A DNA stretch of 64,000 nt. Source: Octopus sinensis (taxonomy: Eukaryota). The stretch lies in contig NC_043001.1 in NCBI RefSeq assembly GCF_006345805.1, forward strand, positions 31,992,001 to 32,056,000, written 5' to 3'. This document shows positions 62,938 to 64,000 of the stretch, piece by piece. The notes below the pieces were generated by a model, which had not been told where the DNA came from, searched no databases, and was given only the letters and a program-made list of their open reading frames with translations. Position numbers and translations under genes: made by a program. How positions within the stretch are numbered: the stretch's first letter is position 1; each line of letters opens with the position of its first letter.

Positions 62938-64000
62938 CAGTGGAGGAAATAAATATTCGTACATGTTAAAATTTTTATTTATTTAATTTCTAATGAACAT
63001 ATATGGGATATACCAATACTATATTTGCATACTCATGCATAAGAATTTGCAAAAGAAACTAATATATTATAGTAACTAAGGAATTTATATTCAATTATAA
63101 ATATTTAGTGGTGAAAAAAGTATTCGTACAGAACATAAATAACTGATAATTCTGATTTAATACTTCGTAGCATAACCATTATTCAGTTCCACTTCAACCA
63201 ATCCCTTCTTGTAGTTCTTAATCAATGACTCGCATGTTTCTTTAGGATTTTTTTCCCATTCTTCTTGACAAATTTTCTTCAAATCTGCAATGCACGTTGG
63301 GGCTCTTGATGATTTTATTTTGAAATATCGCCACAAATTTTTCAATGGGTGGAAGTCAGGTGACTGGCTTGGCCATCTAATATTTTATATTGTGATCGAC
63401 AATTCATTTTTTGGTAGACTTCGCCGTGATCTTAGGGTCGTTACTCTGTGGTAAAACCCACCCTTCACAAAGCTGGAGCTTTTCTACAGAGTCCCATAAA
63501 TTATTTTTCAAAATATTTTGGTACATCTCTGCATTCATTCTACCATCTATCACATGTAAATTGCCAGTACCATTTGCAGAGAAACACCCCCACAGCATGA
63601 TGTTGCCACCTCCAAACTTTACGGTAGGAATTTTGTTTTTCCTCCAAACATGGTTACGCGAATTTTGTCCAAACAATCCAATTTTCGACTCGTCTGTCCA
63701 TAGAACATTTTCCCAGGATGTATCAGATTTATCTTTATGTTCATAAACAAATTTTAAACGGGCATCTCTATGCCTTTTAGTCAATAGCGGAGTTTTTCTA
63801 GGAGAGCGTGACTTCTGTTCATTCCAATGAAGTTTATTGCTGATTGTTCGTAGTGTAACACTAGTCCCTGAAGCTAACAAATCTTCTTGCAGCTCCTTTC
63901 TGGTGATCATTGCGTATTTTCGATTCTTCGCTTCATTTTTATTAAAGATCTAGAGGAAATCTTGCGTGGTGCACCGGATCTTATTCTGTTTTCAACAGTT
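62938..64000 (-). mobile_element. Tc1-like (DD34E, IR/DR type) transposon relic, running off the window end
   Basis: TA|CAGTGGAGGAAATAAATATTCGTACA terminus; [10 protein letters not shown]...[16 protein letters not shown]...WPSQSPD; catalytic residues are mutated and the ORF is frameshifted; stop at 63157. Confidence 0.9.

Overview
This is a repeat-saturated, AT-rich eukaryotic window with no recognisable intact gene. The SINE families, microsatellite density and a C2H2 zinc-finger relic point to an octopus/coleoid genome (inference). It contains about 35 copies or fragments of three tRNA-headed SINE families (labelled A, B, C here) and degenerate LINEs: R4/Dong-like RLE, CR1-like and RTE. It also holds a 5'-truncated Naiad-type Penelope-like element, three Tc1/mariner relics (DD36E, DD37D, DD34E IR/DR), several fold-back MITE-like elements and tandem arrays. 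The main finding is a 3.8-copy tandem array of a ~482-bp unit (36825-38672). Each unit carries an essentially perfect type I hammerhead ribozyme and the monomer is self-complementary, which is the architecture of a non-LTR retrozyme that would make ~480-nt circular RNA. At least six more solitary hammerhead-like motifs from other families lie beside microsatellites. A few minus-strand candidate exons exist but cannot be assigned to a gene. Coordinates were counted by hand, and the ends of degenerate elements are approximate.
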